Positions 1 through 11,527 are shown, counted from the stretch's first letter. The stretch is DNA of 64,000 bases from a bacterium (GCA_965218795.1 OZ244653.1:4672001-4736000); one strand, 5' to 3'. A program made the numbers and translations. The notes: generated by a model from the sequence alone, not told the origin.

Positions 1-1
1 G

Positions 2-991
2 CAGTTTCGTAAACGTTTCCTTGATCTCGCGGTACGTTCGGGGTCCCAGAAAAGGATCATCACGAGTCCTGCCGGGCCGGAAAGCATCATTTACGGCGAC
101 AAAGTGATCAATATCGTCAATAGCAGTCGCCGTGGTGTCTACCCTGACAAAGACGACCGTTATGTTGCCAACGGCGATATCGGGGTGGTGACCGGGCACC
201 GGCGCACGAAGAAGAAAGACTGGAAGCCGGTGGAGGTTGAAGTTGAACTGGCCTCGCAACCGGGGTTTGTCTACAAGTACAAATCATGGGAATTCGACGC
301 CCAGGAGAGTTCCCCGCCCCTGGAGTTGGCCTATGCGCTGACCATCCACAAGACGCAAGGCAGCGAATTCGGCACGACGTTTTTGGTGATTCCCAATCCC
401 TGCCGGGTACTCAGCCGGGAAATGCTGTACACGGCATTAACGCGGCACATGGGAAGAGTCATCATTCTCCATCAGGGTGATTTCCGCGAGCTGCAACGCT
501 TCAGCCATGATGAGGCGTCGGAAGTCGCGCGACGCATGACGAACCTGTTCAGGCCGTCGCGACCTGTAGAAGTGCGAATCAGCAACCAGTCGGTGTTCCT
601 TGACAGCAACCTGATTTATTGGACTGAGCGCGGTGAACTGGTGCGCTCCAAGTCTGAATGGATCATCGCCGACAAGATGCATGCCGCCGGCATCGACTAT
701 CAATATGAACAAGCTTTGCTCCTGGCAGGCATTGAACGTTTCCCGGACTTCACCATCGTAGATGACGATAGTGGGAGCACCTGGTACTGGGAGCACAATG
801 GCATGCTCAGCAACAAGGATTACCTCAAGCGTTGGGATCGCAAGCTGGCTGCCTACCGAGAGCAAGATATTCTGCGGTTAGAAGAAGGTGGCGGGAAGAA
901 CGGCACCTTGCTGGTCACAGAAGAGCAAGCAGGCACCGGGCTCGACGCCGGGCACATACAAAGCAATATCGATGCGATTCTGGCGGGATAA
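2..991 (+). CDS. RecD-like SF1B helicase C-terminal part fused to a PD-(D/E)xK-type nuclease domain (5' end lies outside the window)
   Basis: Frame is open from position 2. Helicase motifs V/VI 'LAYALTIHKTQGSEF...MLYTALTR' are followed by 'RSKSEWIIAD...YE...PDFTI...YWEHNGM', typical of very-short-patch/DUF559-like nucleases. Confidence 0.8.
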   Translation, partial: QFRKRFLDLAVRSGSQKRIITSPAGPESIIYGDKVINIVNSSRRGVYPDKDDRYVANGDIGVVTGHRRTKKKDWKPVEVEVELASQPGFVYKYKSWEFDAQESSPPLELAYALTIHKTQGSEFGTTFLVIPNPCRVLSREMLYTALTRHMGRVIILHQGDFRELQRFSHDEASEVARRMTNLFRPSRPVEVRISNQSVFLDSNLIYWTERGELVRSKSEWIIADKMHAAGIDYQYEQALLLAGIERFPDFTIVDDDSGSTWYWEHNGMLSNKDYLKRWDRKLAAYREQDILRLEEGGGKNGTLLVTEEQAGTGLDAGHIQSNIDAILAG

Positions 992-1007
992 ATGTACACC
1001 GAACAGG

Positions 1008-1366
1008 TGAAGTTACCCCGTTTCGATGGACGATTTAGGGTTTTCGCCACCAGTCCTGAGGTGGGCGATAGCCGGTGGACGTAAAGTCTTACCCACGCCC
1101 GGTGGATAGGGTCCCACCCGGAGGGTATTTCTGGACCTCCGGCTCGCCGATCCGGGAAGCATCGGGGACGGATCGAGCCGGGCGATGAGCGTTGCGCGCC
1201 GCACGCGGCGTTGCCTTCGCGGCGGACCGCTCGAAGCCGTTGGGGCTGAGGTAACCCAGGGCAGAGTGGCGGCGGCGCGGATGATACCAGCTCTCGACGA
1301 AGCCGCCGCAGCTCCTCGAGCTCCGTGCTCCTCAGACCGTCCTCACCTTTCACACAGTCCGATGGC
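1008..1366 (-). mobile_element. IS3-family remnant, internally deleted, right end intact
   Basis: TGAAGTTACCCCGTTTCGATGGAC at 1008 matches the IR of the IS3 at 24072-25257. The minus strand carries the OrfB tail (WYHPRRRHSALGYLSPNGFER) and an OrfA fragment (GLRSTELEELRRLRRE). Confidence 0.85.
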
Positions 1367-1446
1367 TCAAACCTAGCCAAGCTATAAGGGTCGGATTTAT
1401 GCGTCCTTTGGATTGATCCTGGCTTCAGCGAGCGCAGACCTCGCTC

Positions 1447-4386
1447 TCAAAGGCCCAAGTCCATCTCGACCCGTTTCCCACGGTCCGGCGCAGCCGGCTC
1501 CCGGTTCCTCACGACCGGCTCGGTCTCTTTCCCGGCCGCCTCGCTCCCGCCTCGGTCCGTATCCCGGGTGGCTTCTGTCTCCCGCGCCGCCGTCCGTCCC
1601 GCTTTCGCATCGGCTTCCATGCCCTTTGTCCGCTCGTCCCGCGCCGCCTCTCCGATCCCCTCCAGCGCCGAGACCCGCTCGCCCGTCGCGGTTTCGAGTT
1701 GCTCGCGCAGTCGCGCCGCATCGTCCGTCACCAACTCGGCCCGGTCGCGGGCGCGGCTGATCTCCACATAGAAGCTCTTCTGCGTGGTGAGGTGGGGGTG
1801 ATTGGCCTCCATCGCCGCGATCACGTTGTCCACCGTCCGCCCCTGAAAGGCATGCACGGTCGAGGCCCAGGCGTGGTCGAGATGGCGCAATTGGGGATCG
1901 CCCGCCTTCATGTCGAGCATGCGCCCGTCCTCCAGACGGAAGGTCACACGGCCGTCCTTCACGCTCGCGACCTCGGCGGTGCGGCTGTTGACGAGGCCGA
2001 GGCCCTTGTCGTTGCGGGTCCAGCGGATGCGCTCCCCGGCGCGAAGCTCGATGCCCTCGGCGCGGTAAACCTCGACGCCGCCGGACCGCCCGGCGATCCG
2101 GCCCGGCTTCCAGGGAACGGTAGCGCCGTCCCCGCCTTCGAGTATCACCGTATGGCTCTTGTGATCCACGCCGGCAACCCGGCGCTCGTCGCCCTTGTCG
2201 ACCCCCAGGGTCTTGTAGGGGCGATGGAAGGCGACGATATCGCCCTCGGCGTAGTTGGCCGCGAGCGATTTCTCGGCGTTCGTGTAGCCGTGGGAGACCA
2301 GCCGCTCGCCCGTGAAGGCGGGGCCGTGGATCCTGCCGTCGCGCGCGAGGCGCTCCCGGATATGGCCGTTGATCTCCCGGCGAAGCTCATGGCTCGGCGC
2401 CATGACGCCGGTGTTCTCTCTCGCCTCGGGGGACAGCTTGAGCCAGCGCGCCGCCACCGCGCCCGCGATGTTGTCGGCCTGGACCTCGGCCACGTTGGGG
2501 CCGAGCTTCTCGAAGGCCCTGCCGATCTCGCCGGCGAGGCTCGCCTCCACGGCCGCCTTCAGCTCCGGGTCGCGCTGGCGCAGGATCTCGTCCATCACCG
2601 CCGTCTTCATCCCTGCCCGCTGCAACTGCGCAAAGGGTTTACCGGCGTCGACCGCGTCGAGCTGCTTCTCGTCGCCGACCAGGACCACGCGGGGAAGGCG
2701 CAATACGTTAGCGATCCTCAGGAGGTCGCGGGCCTGGACGGTGGAGGCGAGCGAGCCCTCGTCCACCACCAGCACGGTCTTCGCGAACGCCGCGCGCATC
2801 TCCTTCTCGCCCTTCTTCGTCAAACGCCCTTCGGCGACCCCGGCGTTCCGCGCGAGGAAGCGTTGCAGGGTCTCGCTCTCGATCCCGGCTTCGGTCGCCA
2901 GCGTCTTCACCGCCGAGGCCGAAGGGGCCAGTCCCATCATGCGGTAGCTGTTCTTCTCCGCGAGCGCGCGGGCGCGGTTCAGCATGGTGGTCTTGCCGGT
3001 GCCGGCATAGCCCTGCACGCCGACGACGCGGTCCTTCGAAGACAGGATCAGCTTGACCGCCTGCTTCTGGCCCTCGGTGAGCGGTCCCTTGTGCAGCCGC
3101 GCGCTCGCCATCCAGCTTCGCATCACCACCGGGCTTCTGTCCTGTCCGCCCTGCATCAGCCCGATCGTCTCGCGCTCGTCGGCGAGGGCCTTGTCGGTGG
3201 TCAGGCCGTCGCCTGCATGCAATGCCGGCGCGGCATGGAGCCGTCCCTGACCTTCGAGATCGCCCAACGCCTTCTCCGCGGCCTCGACGGACACGGCGCC
3301 CGGTTGCCAGGCGAGCGCGGCGGCGAGCAGATCGGCGCGCGAGAACACCGCCTCGCGTTCGGCGAGATGCGCCGTCGCCCATTCCGCGGCCTCGGCCGAA
3401 GCGGGATCGATATCCCGTGCGGGAGCGTTCTCCCGGCCGGAGTCCCTGCCGGCTTCCCTCACCGCGGCCTCGGCGGCGAGCGCCCGCGCGTCGAACCCCA
3501 GCCCGGCGGCCTGCTTCTCCCAGCTTGCCCTGAGCGCCACCTTCTCGACCTCGCGCTTGTGGGCCCGGGTCATCAGCGCCGCGCGCTCGGCCAGGCGCTG
3601 GTTCTCGGCGGTGCCGCTCATGCCCCGCTCGGCCATGGCCGCTTCGATCTCCGCCCGCCGGGTCGAGAACGCCTCGATCGCCTTGCGTGGGACCCCGGCG
3701 ATCTCGAAGCGTCCGTCGGCATGGCTCTTCTCGATGCCGTAACCGAGCTTGCCCAACTCCCGCGCGAGCTCGCTCCGGTAGATCATGCCGATCAGCTTCT
3801 GGCGGCGGTAGAGCGCCTCGTTGGCCATGGTCCGCCACTTGCCGTCCCCGCCCTGGACCATGTTGGCGAGGACCGCGTGGGTGTGGAGCTGGGGATCGAG
3901 ATTGCGCGAGGCGTCGTGCCGGAAGGTCGCGGCCACCGTCTTCTGGTCCCCGGCCCGGACCATGCGTCCGGTCTCCGGGTCCTTCAACCGGGTCTCGGCG
4001 GCGTTGCCCTCGATCCAGGCCAGCGAGCGCTTGACCGCCCGGTCATGGGCGTCGACCACGCGCCCGTCGCCGCCGATCAGCGCCGCCAGCGAGACGGATT
4101 TTGGGGCCGAGAAGGTGAGATCCCGCCCGGGCCGGTGCTGCAGGGCCCCATCGGGTCCCCCGCGTCCGAGTTGCCGTCCGGTCCCGTCGAGTACCTTGCC
4201 CTCCAGCACCGCCTTGAAGAGGTCCGGCTCGACCGGACCGGAGAGGCCGAGGTCCTCCGCGCCCTTGCCGGTCCAGGCGCTCGCGTCCCTGTGGGCCGGG
4301 TCGTCCCTGGCGTAGTAGCCGTCCCTCTCGTAATAGGAGATGCCCTGGGCCGAGGACGCGACGGCGCCGATCGAGACGACCATCAC
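1447..4386 (-). CDS. traI: MOBF (TrwC/TraI) conjugative relaxase-helicase
   Basis: N-terminal YY..YY ('SYYERDGYYARD'), 'DLTFSAPKSVS', 'HDASRNLDPQLHTHAVLAN', Walker A 'GYAGTGKTT', 'DEGS' and 'HAFQGRT'. 979 aa, apparently intact. Confidence 0.95.
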   Translation of the reverse strand: MMVVSIGAVASSAQGISYYERDGYYARDDPAHRDASAWTGKGAEDLGLSGPVEPDLFKAVLEGKVLDGTGRQLGRGGPDGALQHRPGRDLTFSAPKSVSLAALIGGDGRVVDAHDRAVKRSLAWIEGNAAETRLKDPETGRMVRAGDQKTVAATFRHDASRNLDPQLHTHAVLANMVQGGDGKWRTMANEALYRRQKLIGMIYRSELARELGKLGYGIEKSHADGRFEIAGVPRKAIEAFSTRRAEIEAAMAERGMSGTAENQRLAERAALMTRAHKREVEKVALRASWEKQAAGLGFDARALAAEAAVREAGRDSGRENAPARDIDPASAEAAEWATAHLAEREAVFSRADLLAAALAWQPGAVSVEAAEKALGDLEGQGRLHAAPALHAGDGLTTDKALADERETIGLMQGGQDRSPVVMRSWMASARLHKGPLTEGQKQAVKLILSSKDRVVGVQGYAGTGKTTMLNRARALAEKNSYRMMGLAPSASAVKTLATEAGIESETLQRFLARNAGVAEGRLTKKGEKEMRAAFAKTVLVVDEGSLASTVQARDLLRIANVLRLPRVVLVGDEKQLDAVDAGKPFAQLQRAGMKTAVMDEILRQRDPELKAAVEASLAGEIGRAFEKLGPNVAEVQADNIAGAVAARWLKLSPEARENTGVMAPSHELRREINGHIRERLARDGRIHGPAFTGERLVSHGYTNAEKSLAANYAEGDIVAFHRPYKTLGVDKGDERRVAGVDHKSHTVILEGGDGATVPWKPGRIAGRSGGVEVYRAEGIELRAGERIRWTRNDKGLGLVNSRTAEVASVKDGRVTFRLEDGRMLDMKAGDPQLRHLDHAWASTVHAFQGRTVDNVIAAMEANHPHLTTQKSFYVEISRARDRAELVTDDAARLREQLETATGERVSALEGIGEAARDERTKGMEADAKAGRTAARETEATRDTDRGGSEAAGKETEPVVRNREPAAPDRGKRVEMDLGL

Positions 4387-6323
4387 AGCCAGTCGGGCGG
4401 ACAGCGCCCGTCCGCGCCGCCGGCGCCGTTGTCCTCGGGTTTATCCTGATCGGCCGCGGGGTCTTCCCGTTGCCCGGAAAGGACGGAATCCCGGCCGCCG
4501 GAACCGGCAGCCGGGACCTCGGGCATTTCCGCGCCTTCCGCTTCCACCGCGCGGCATTCGGCCGGGGCCGGCTCGAGACCGAGCTCGGGTTGATCGCCGG
4601 TCCATCCGGCCGCCGAACCCGCCGCGCCCGTATCGCCATTCTCACTTTCGTTCCCGGCATCGCCCGGGGCCGGGGCATCGGTGTCGTGCCTGCTTCCGGA
4701 ATCGGCCGCGGTCACATCGGAGACCCAACCGCCTTGCTCCGAAGGACCTTCCTCCCTTGGCACGAACCGTTCGGCCGCCTTGGGCCTCTTGACGTAGTCG
4801 AGCTTGATCCGGGCCACGGGCCACGGCCCCGGGAACTTCAGATACCCCTGCAGGTTCTTAAGCCGCATGATCTCCGACGGCAGGGCCAAAGAACGCATCT
4901 CCCGGCGCTGGGTCAGCGACACCCCGTCCCGCAGGACGCTCGCCCCGTAGCTCAGGCCGTGGGAATACTCCTCCACCTCGCCCCGCCCCAGGCTCTCGGC
5001 CGACCACCGGGCCGTCTCCTGGTCGGGCGCGGCCAGGACCACCCGGGTGCCGCACAGCCCGGAGATGGTCTCCGCCCCGTTCTTTCCGTAGAGGTCGCGC
5101 AAGGCCGAGATCACCTGGATCCCGAGCACGAAGCACCCGCCGAACTGTCGGGATTCCGCGAGCCCCGGCTGGAGGCTCGGCACCTGATGGAGGGTGGGCA
5201 GCTCGTCCAGGACCACCCAGACCCTGCGCGCGTCGTCCTGATGGAGGGACAGAAGCGCGTTGACCGCGATCTCCAGCCAGGTGGAGATGAGCCCCCGCAG
5301 GCTCGCGTGCTGGTCGCCCCTCGAGGTCAGGAACAGGAACCCCGTCCCGTCCTCCCTCCCCACCCAGTCCCGGATCGAGAAGGGCTCTCCCGTATCGGGC
5401 AGGAACTCGAGGGCCCCGAGGTGCGCGGTCAGCATGGCCCGGACCGAGAGGGCGGTCTTGGGGTTTTCGGGATCCACGATGGACTGGGCCACCGTGCCCT
5501 CCATGGCCCGGGCCAGGGCCGTCAGGTCGGTCTTGAGCAGGTGGTCGACCAGCACCCGGTTTTCGGTCACGCCCTGCTTCCAGAGCACGCCCGCGCCGTT
5601 GGAGAACAGTTGCCTGGCGGCGGTGACCCAGAAGGGGTCCACCGTGTCCTTCTGCTGGGGGATGAGGGCGGCCGCCATCATGTCGAAGTCCCGGGGGGTC
5701 CTGGCCTCGAAGAAGGGGGACCAGCGCGGCGCCCGGGCATCCAGGGGGTTCATCAGCACGGTCTTGCCCGAGCCGGTGGTGCCGGAGACGATGGTGTGCT
5801 GGGTCTCGGCGCGTTCTGGCCATGGGATCCCGGCGATACGGCAGGAGGCCCGGCGCGCGGCGGGGAACAGGGCCTCGGCCAGGCGGAGCGAAAGAGGCTG
5901 CACGCGCCTTCTCAGCTCCCGGGACGTGGCCATTTCCGCGCCGCGGACCGCGCCTCCCGCGCCGATCCAGAGGCCGAGCCACGCCTTGGCGTAGACGGTG
6001 TGGAGCAGACGTTTGCGGATCCGTTCGATCCTGGGGTCTGAGGCGATGTCGACGATCCTGAGCGTCGTCTTCTCGCCCTCTCGCCACTCGTACGCCTGGA
6101 GGGAATGGCGCGGATACCCGAGTGCGAGCTTGACCTGGGCGAGGGTACCCGTTCCGACGAGGCGCCATTCATGGGCGGTGGTGGTGCGGAACAGGGCGAT
6201 GGCGGGGACCAGGACGACCGTCAGGGCGATGCCGAAAAGCCCCCAGCGGACCAGCTGGCCCCACATGTGGACGTCGTGGACCAGGGTCTGGCCGCCCCTG
6301 AGCGTTGCGTTGCCGAACATCAT
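4383..6323 (-). pseudogene. traD: Type IV coupling protein TraD with in-frame internal deletions
   Basis: 'GTTGSGKT', 'LDELPTL' and 'ESRQFGG' are present. Walker A runs straight into 'MNPLDAR', and 'GAGGAV' runs straight into 'RGAEM', so segments usual in TraD homologs are missing. Confidence 0.8.
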
Positions 6324-6489
6324 CGGGTCCTCCCGTTCGAGGTTATGTGGATAGCGGCGGTCTTGGCGCCGTTGTGTTGCGATGCGCCGGGCGGGAGGCC
6401 GAGGAAGGCGGGGTCAAGGGCGCGGGACGCCGGGGCCGGAGAGGCTGGCGCCCGCGATGTCTTGAACCGCAACCCCGGAGGAACCACCC

Positions 6490-6858
6490 ATGTCCAATCC
6501 ACCCGACCCATCCAACGGCTGGCGCGCCCGGGCCTTCGTCCTCGGCGGGATCGCACTCGCCCTTGCCGTCACCGTCGTTTCCGTGGCCGCCGGGACCGGT
6601 GTCCGCTTCCTGGGGGGCATCTGGTTCTGGGCGGCGATCTGGACCGTTCTGGCCGGACTCACGTGCACCCTGTGGCGGGGGTTCCGCCATGGGGACTGGT
6701 CCGCCTTCGGCCGCTGCGGGCTCCCGGAAGAGGGCGGTGACCGGTTCGACTGGTCGACCCGGACCGGCCGCTATGCCTGGCTCCGCGATCTCGAGGATCC
6801 ACATCTCCACGACCACGATCCCCTTCGCGGTCATGGCCCCAGCACCTGGTCCCCGTAG
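6490..6858 (+). CDS. Small membrane protein convergent with traG (candidate entry-exclusion factor)
   Basis: GGAGGA RBS upstream of ATG, two hydrophobic helices, and 3' overlap with the end of traG on the opposite strand. Confidence 0.6.
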   Translation: MSNPPDPSNGWRARAFVLGGIALALAVTVVSVAAGTGVRFLGGIWFWAAIWTVLAGLTCTLWRGFRHGDWSAFGRCGLPEEGGDRFDWSTRTGRYAWLRDLEDPHLHDHDPLRGHGPSTWSP

Positions 6859-8770
6859 AAGGGACCGTCGCGTCCGCGGTCGTCCTTCTCACCCTTCTTC
6901 CCCCGGTCCGGCGCCGCGTTCCTGGCCGTTCCGTAGAGTTTTCCCGCGAGCCACTCGCCGATGAACGGCGCCTCCTTCGCGGCGTGCTCCTGAAAAGGTT
7001 TGGCGAGCTCGGCCTTTACGCCTTCACGGCCCCGCGCCATGCCGGCCTTCACGTCCTTGGCCCGCTCCTCTCGTCCCGCTTGCCGGGCCCTCAGATCATG
7101 CTCGGTCTGGGCGCGCCCGCGCCTTGCCCGGGTCTCGACCTTGCCCGGCCCGGCCCCGCGTCCCCGGTCGCGCACCGCGTCCGACCAACCGCCCCAGGCC
7201 GCCTCGGTCTCTCTCGCGTGCGACTCCTTCAGCCCGTCGCGCGTCCGCTCGTAATCCGCCAGCCCCGGGACCGAGGCCGGGTCAGGTCCCTCGGGCGTTG
7301 GGAAACGCTCCGCGATAAAGGCGGCGGCATGCGCGCGCAGCTCTTCGGCATCCTCCGGGGTCTGGGGCGAGGCGAGCCGCATGGCGCCGGCCACGCCGAT
7401 CTCGCGGCCGCCGGCGCCAGGCCGGGCGGTCAGCCAGGCGAAGAAGGGCTGGCCGAGCTCCCGGTCGATGGCCCGGGACCGGCTTCGCACCTCGGCCGCC
7501 TGAGAGATCCAGCTCTCGGCTTCCCGGTGGCTCAGGGCCTCCTGCTCGCCGTAGCGGCGCATCCGGGGGTCAGGTTGGCGCCAAAACTTTCCTCCAGGCT
7601 CTTGAGCTCGCTCTCGCCCGAGGCGGTGGAGTAGCGCCTGGAGGCTTCGGCGACCCGGGACCAGAGATCGAGCACTTGGTTCTGCTCGGCATAGTCGGTC
7701 ATCCGGTTCCAGGCCTCCCGGCCGAAGGTCTGGCCCCGCCAGCTCGCCGAACCGTCGGCGCCGAACTTCACGATGAAGTCGAAGCCCCCTCCCACCTTGG
7801 CCTCGCCCGACCAGTGCCGGGCCTGCTCCCGGGCCGCGCCTGCCCGGCTCTCGTGGCTGACCGCAAGGGATTCGGAGAGCCGGACGCCCGCCGCGGGGAT
7901 CCGGCTGGTGGCGGCGCCGGCGTCCATGACCGCGGCGCCGTCGCCGGTCACGGTGAAGGCCGCGCCCTCCGGGGCGAAGCCGGTATAGCGGTCCGTATCG
8001 ACGTGCATGGAGGTGCGGAGCTGCCGGCCCTCAAGCGTCGCGAAGCGGTGGACGTCGGCCTGGGTGTTGGCGAGGGAGATGTTGCCCGTCGTGCCCTCGT
8101 GGGCGGCCGAGGAGGCCGCGTCCTGGCCGACCGGCATCAGCGCGCCCGCGCTCATGCGTTCGGGCGAGGCCCCGGCGGACGGCGATCCCGTGGCGGTGAC
8201 GAGCGACCAGATATCGGTGCTCTCGCGCAGGTCGTCGGCCGAGACGTGGCCCAGGAGCAGGGCGTGGAACACGCATTGTCTCGCATAGGCCCGGAGGTTC
8301 CGGGCGAACACCGTATCGGTCACCTCCATGCGGGTCGCGGCGGCCGCGAGCCTCGCGCCGAAGATCAGGCCGTGGCGGCGGTAGGTCAGGTCGTCCGGAA
8401 GGGAGAAGGCCTGTTCGGTCAGCCGTGTCAGGCCGTCACCCACCTGGCTCGTCAGGGAGGCGAAGAGGGCCAGGCCGAGCGGGACGTTGTCGATGACCGC
8501 GGGCGCCAGCGCCGGGTCGAGTCGATCCACCACCCGGACGGTCGCCTTGGGCACGATCATCGCGCCCCAGACGGCGACGAAGAGGAGGATCCACTTGGCG
8601 TTGTCCTTCCACGAGCCGCCGAAGGCGGTGCGGAACAGGGCCCAGGCGAGCCCGGCGATGCCCGCGATCCGGGCCAGGGTCACGAAGGCCCCGCCGCCGG
8701 TGATCGCAGCGACCGCGTTCAGGAGGTCGACCAGATAGGTCCCGCCGCCCAGGGTGAAGAGCTCGTACAT
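6831..8770 (-). pseudogene. traG: TraG mating-pair stabilisation protein, deleted and frameshifted
   Basis: N-terminus 'MYELFTLGGGTYLVDLLNAVAA...DNVPLGLA..ASLTS.VG' is typical of TraG_N. The gene is split into ORFs 7532-8770 and 6831-7562, and the membrane segment is missing. Confidence 0.8.
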
Positions 8771-8792
8771 GGTCGCGTTCTCCCGATATTGT

Positions 8793-9840
8793 TTATCGGG
8801 CCCCTGCGCCGCCCCGTGAGAAGGCCAGCGCCGCCCTGAGTTCGGCCGAGAGCGCGCCCGCGAGCTCGGTCTCGATCAGCCTGAGCTTCTCCACCACGGC
8901 GAGGGCGGTGTTGAACCGCTCCAGCCCCTCATGACGGTGTCTGGCGAGGGCGGTCCGGTTCCGGCGCAGCCCCTCGCGCCAGCGCTCCAGCTGGTCGTGG
9001 TCGGCGATGTCGAGGGTGCCGGCGCGTTCCTCGATTGTCCTGTGCAGGTCCGAGATCCAGACCTGGAGCACGTCCAGGGCCACGGCCTCGGCCAGGGCGT
9101 CCACCTCCTGGTCCACCACCGCGCCGCGATAGGCGGCGGCGGTGTTGATGACCCGGTAGACCGGCAGGGTGGTGAGATTGACGAGCCCCAATGCGTCCGC
9201 CGGGGGCGCCGTGTCGGCGCGCACCGCCTCGACCAGCCGGCGGAGCAGGCCGGCGACCCGGTCCCGGAATCCCCGGGCCGCCGGCACGGTGAGCCGTCCG
9301 AGGACGGGGTTGAGGCAGTCCACGGAGGTGTCGCAGCGGTAGACCGGGAGGTCGCCTCCCCCCTCCATCAGGATCTCGGTCACCCGGCGGTCAAGGGCCA
9401 GGGGCTCCAGGATGCGTATCCTGGGGCCGGAATCGTCGCTGTCCGAGACCGGGGCGGTGACGATCGCGGTGCCCGAGATCGACATGGCGAACTCGCCGAG
9501 GTCGCGGTCGGACGCCAGGAAGCCCGACGCCCTCACCGCGCGCCAGGCGTAGTTGACGTTGACCGGGGCCTGGTCCTTGAGCGGTCCCGAGGCGGCGGCC
9601 AGGGTCGAGTGGCGCTTGCCGTCCGCGCCGCAGCCGTGGCGCGCGGCCGCGTAGTCGGAGAAGATCCCCTGTCTCGTGCCGATGGCCGCGCAGATCGCAG
9701 CGCTCGCCCGGTCGTTTTTGGACCAGACCGCCCCGACCAGGGCCTGGGCGGTCTCGCAGGAGTTGAGGTTCTGGCTGTTCACCCACTGGGCCAGGGCCCG
9801 GAGCTTGGACAGGGTCTCGGCGATCACGGGCGAGATGGTC
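8793..9840 (-). pseudogene. traH: TraH pilus assembly protein, N-terminus deleted
   Basis: 'TISPVIAETLSKL...NLNSCETAQALVG' is the TraH core. There is no signal peptide or N-terminal region, and it abuts traF directly. Confidence 0.8.
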
Positions 9841-10439
9841 CTCGGCGACCACGCCGAAGGAGACCGGCAGCGTCCGTCGGGTTCGCGTGTCGTAGAGGAC
9901 CACGGCGGGGAAGACTGGGGCCTTGAGGCCGAGCCGCTCGGCCCGGCCCTGGTCGGGGACCGCCTCGGGCCATCCCTCGAGGGGCTCGCCCGTCATCGAG
10001 ACCGCGAGCACGTCGAGTCCGTGACGGAGCGCGAAGGCGCGCAGAAGCGGACCGAACACCCGGCATCCCGGGCATTGCGCATGGCCGAGATAGATGAGGC
10101 CGTAACGCTCCCCGAGCCGGGCCAGGACGGCGTCGCGCTCGGCCCGGCGCTGCTCCGACCAGACCTGCTTGGCGAGCGCGCCCACCGGACGCTTCAGGGT
10201 GTAATCGAGATCGGGGCTCGCCCAGACCGTGCGGCGGAAGGCGTCCGAGAAGGAGGCGGCCCTTTGCAGGGCCTCCTGCTGGAGGCGCAGGTAGGCCGTG
10301 ACGTTCCCCTCGCTCGGGTCCAGGATGGCCCGGGCCCGGGCTTCCTCCAAGTCCCGGCGTATCTTCAAGACGCGTGCCATCGCGGTCCCGGGCGGCGAGG
10401 ACCCGGCAGGAGGCAGGCGAGGGCGTACGGGATGGTCAT
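9835..10439 (-). pseudogene. traF: TraF thioredoxin-like pilus assembly protein, truncated and frameshifted
   Basis: 'ARAILDPSEGNVTAYLRLQ', CPGC motif, and 'LAVSMTG..GWP' are present. The start segment is out of frame and the C-terminus is fused into traH. Confidence 0.8.
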
Positions 10440-10450
10440 GGCCGCCTCCT

Positions 10451-11527
10451 TCACTTGCTCTTGGTGTAGAAGTCATGGATGCGCTCGCGCATCGCCGCGC
10501 CGGTTCGGCCGGCTTCCGGAAGCTCGATAGAGGGCTCATGCGACCCGTCGATCAGGTTCTCGGCGAACTCGGAGAGGTCCACGGCCTCGAAGTCGATGCG
10601 CTCCATCTCGTCGACCGTGAAGCCGCGGCAGCTGCCCCAGCCGATCCCGAGCTGGCCGCGCGTCGCTTCCTGCAGGATGCGCCCGAGCTTCGAGCCGAAC
10701 ACGCACCAGGAACGTTTCCAGCGGATGCACACGCCGAAGATCCGCTTCGCGCATCCACGGCCCAGGTAATGCGTGTTCCCGGCGTGGCGCTCCTCGGCCA
10801 GGAGGCGTTCCTCCCTGGTGCAGCCGGCCACGCCCACGAGCGCGCCCGAGTTCCTGCAGCAATCGGCGAGCCCGCCCCACTGGATCCGGCAGGACCGGCG
10901 ATCGCCTTGGAAGAACCGGAGGTTTTGGCGGTCGAATTCCTCGCCGCCCAGCTCGATGGCCATGTTGAGCCGGGCCGCCGAATCGACGAACCCGGTGTTT
11001 GCCCGGGACGGCGCGGTCCCGCAGTCGGCCCCCACGCACCAGGAGACCGAGCCGCAATGGCCGCCGGCCTCGGCGCGCTCGAGTCCCGCCTCGCAGTCCG
11101 TCACCGATCCGGAGGCGATCCCGTCCGCGCCCCAGAGAGGGGAATCGGCGTCGCCTTCGATCCCGTCCCCGCGCTGCGCGATCGGATCGTCCGCCTTGAC
11201 CGGCGCGTCCGGACGCGCGGCCGCGCCCTCGATCACGGAGCGTCCGGCTTGGCCTCCGGGATCGACTGGATCGGCCAGCACCTGGTTCGCGGCGTCCTCC
11301 AGATCGCCGGCGCCCAGGCCTCTCTCGGGCAGGTTCGTTCCAGCGTAGCCCGGCACATGAGCGGTTGAATCCGCATCCTTCGCGATGGCCCCTGCCGCGG
11401 CCTGTCCCGCTTGGCCGATCGCGCGGGCCGCCGCTGCCGGGTCTTCGGCCTTGGCGTTGCCGGTGGTCAGGTACGCCAGGACCGGTAGAGCCAAGACGAA
11501 GGCTTTCATTCCGTTTTTTCGGCTCAT
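10451..11527 (-). pseudogene. traN: TraN mating-pair stabilisation protein, shortened by probable internal deletion
   Basis: Signal peptide and Cys-rich C-terminus 'DCC...HYLGRGC...WCVFGSKLGRILQE...CRGFT...IDF..VDLSEF'. Only about 358 aa. Confidence 0.8.

Noticed and set aside
1699-4449. 916-aa plus-strand ORF and similar long antisense ORFs across 1.4-22 kb and at 45145-46653
   Set aside because: They are shadow frames of real genes in high-GC DNA, with no recognisable motifs.
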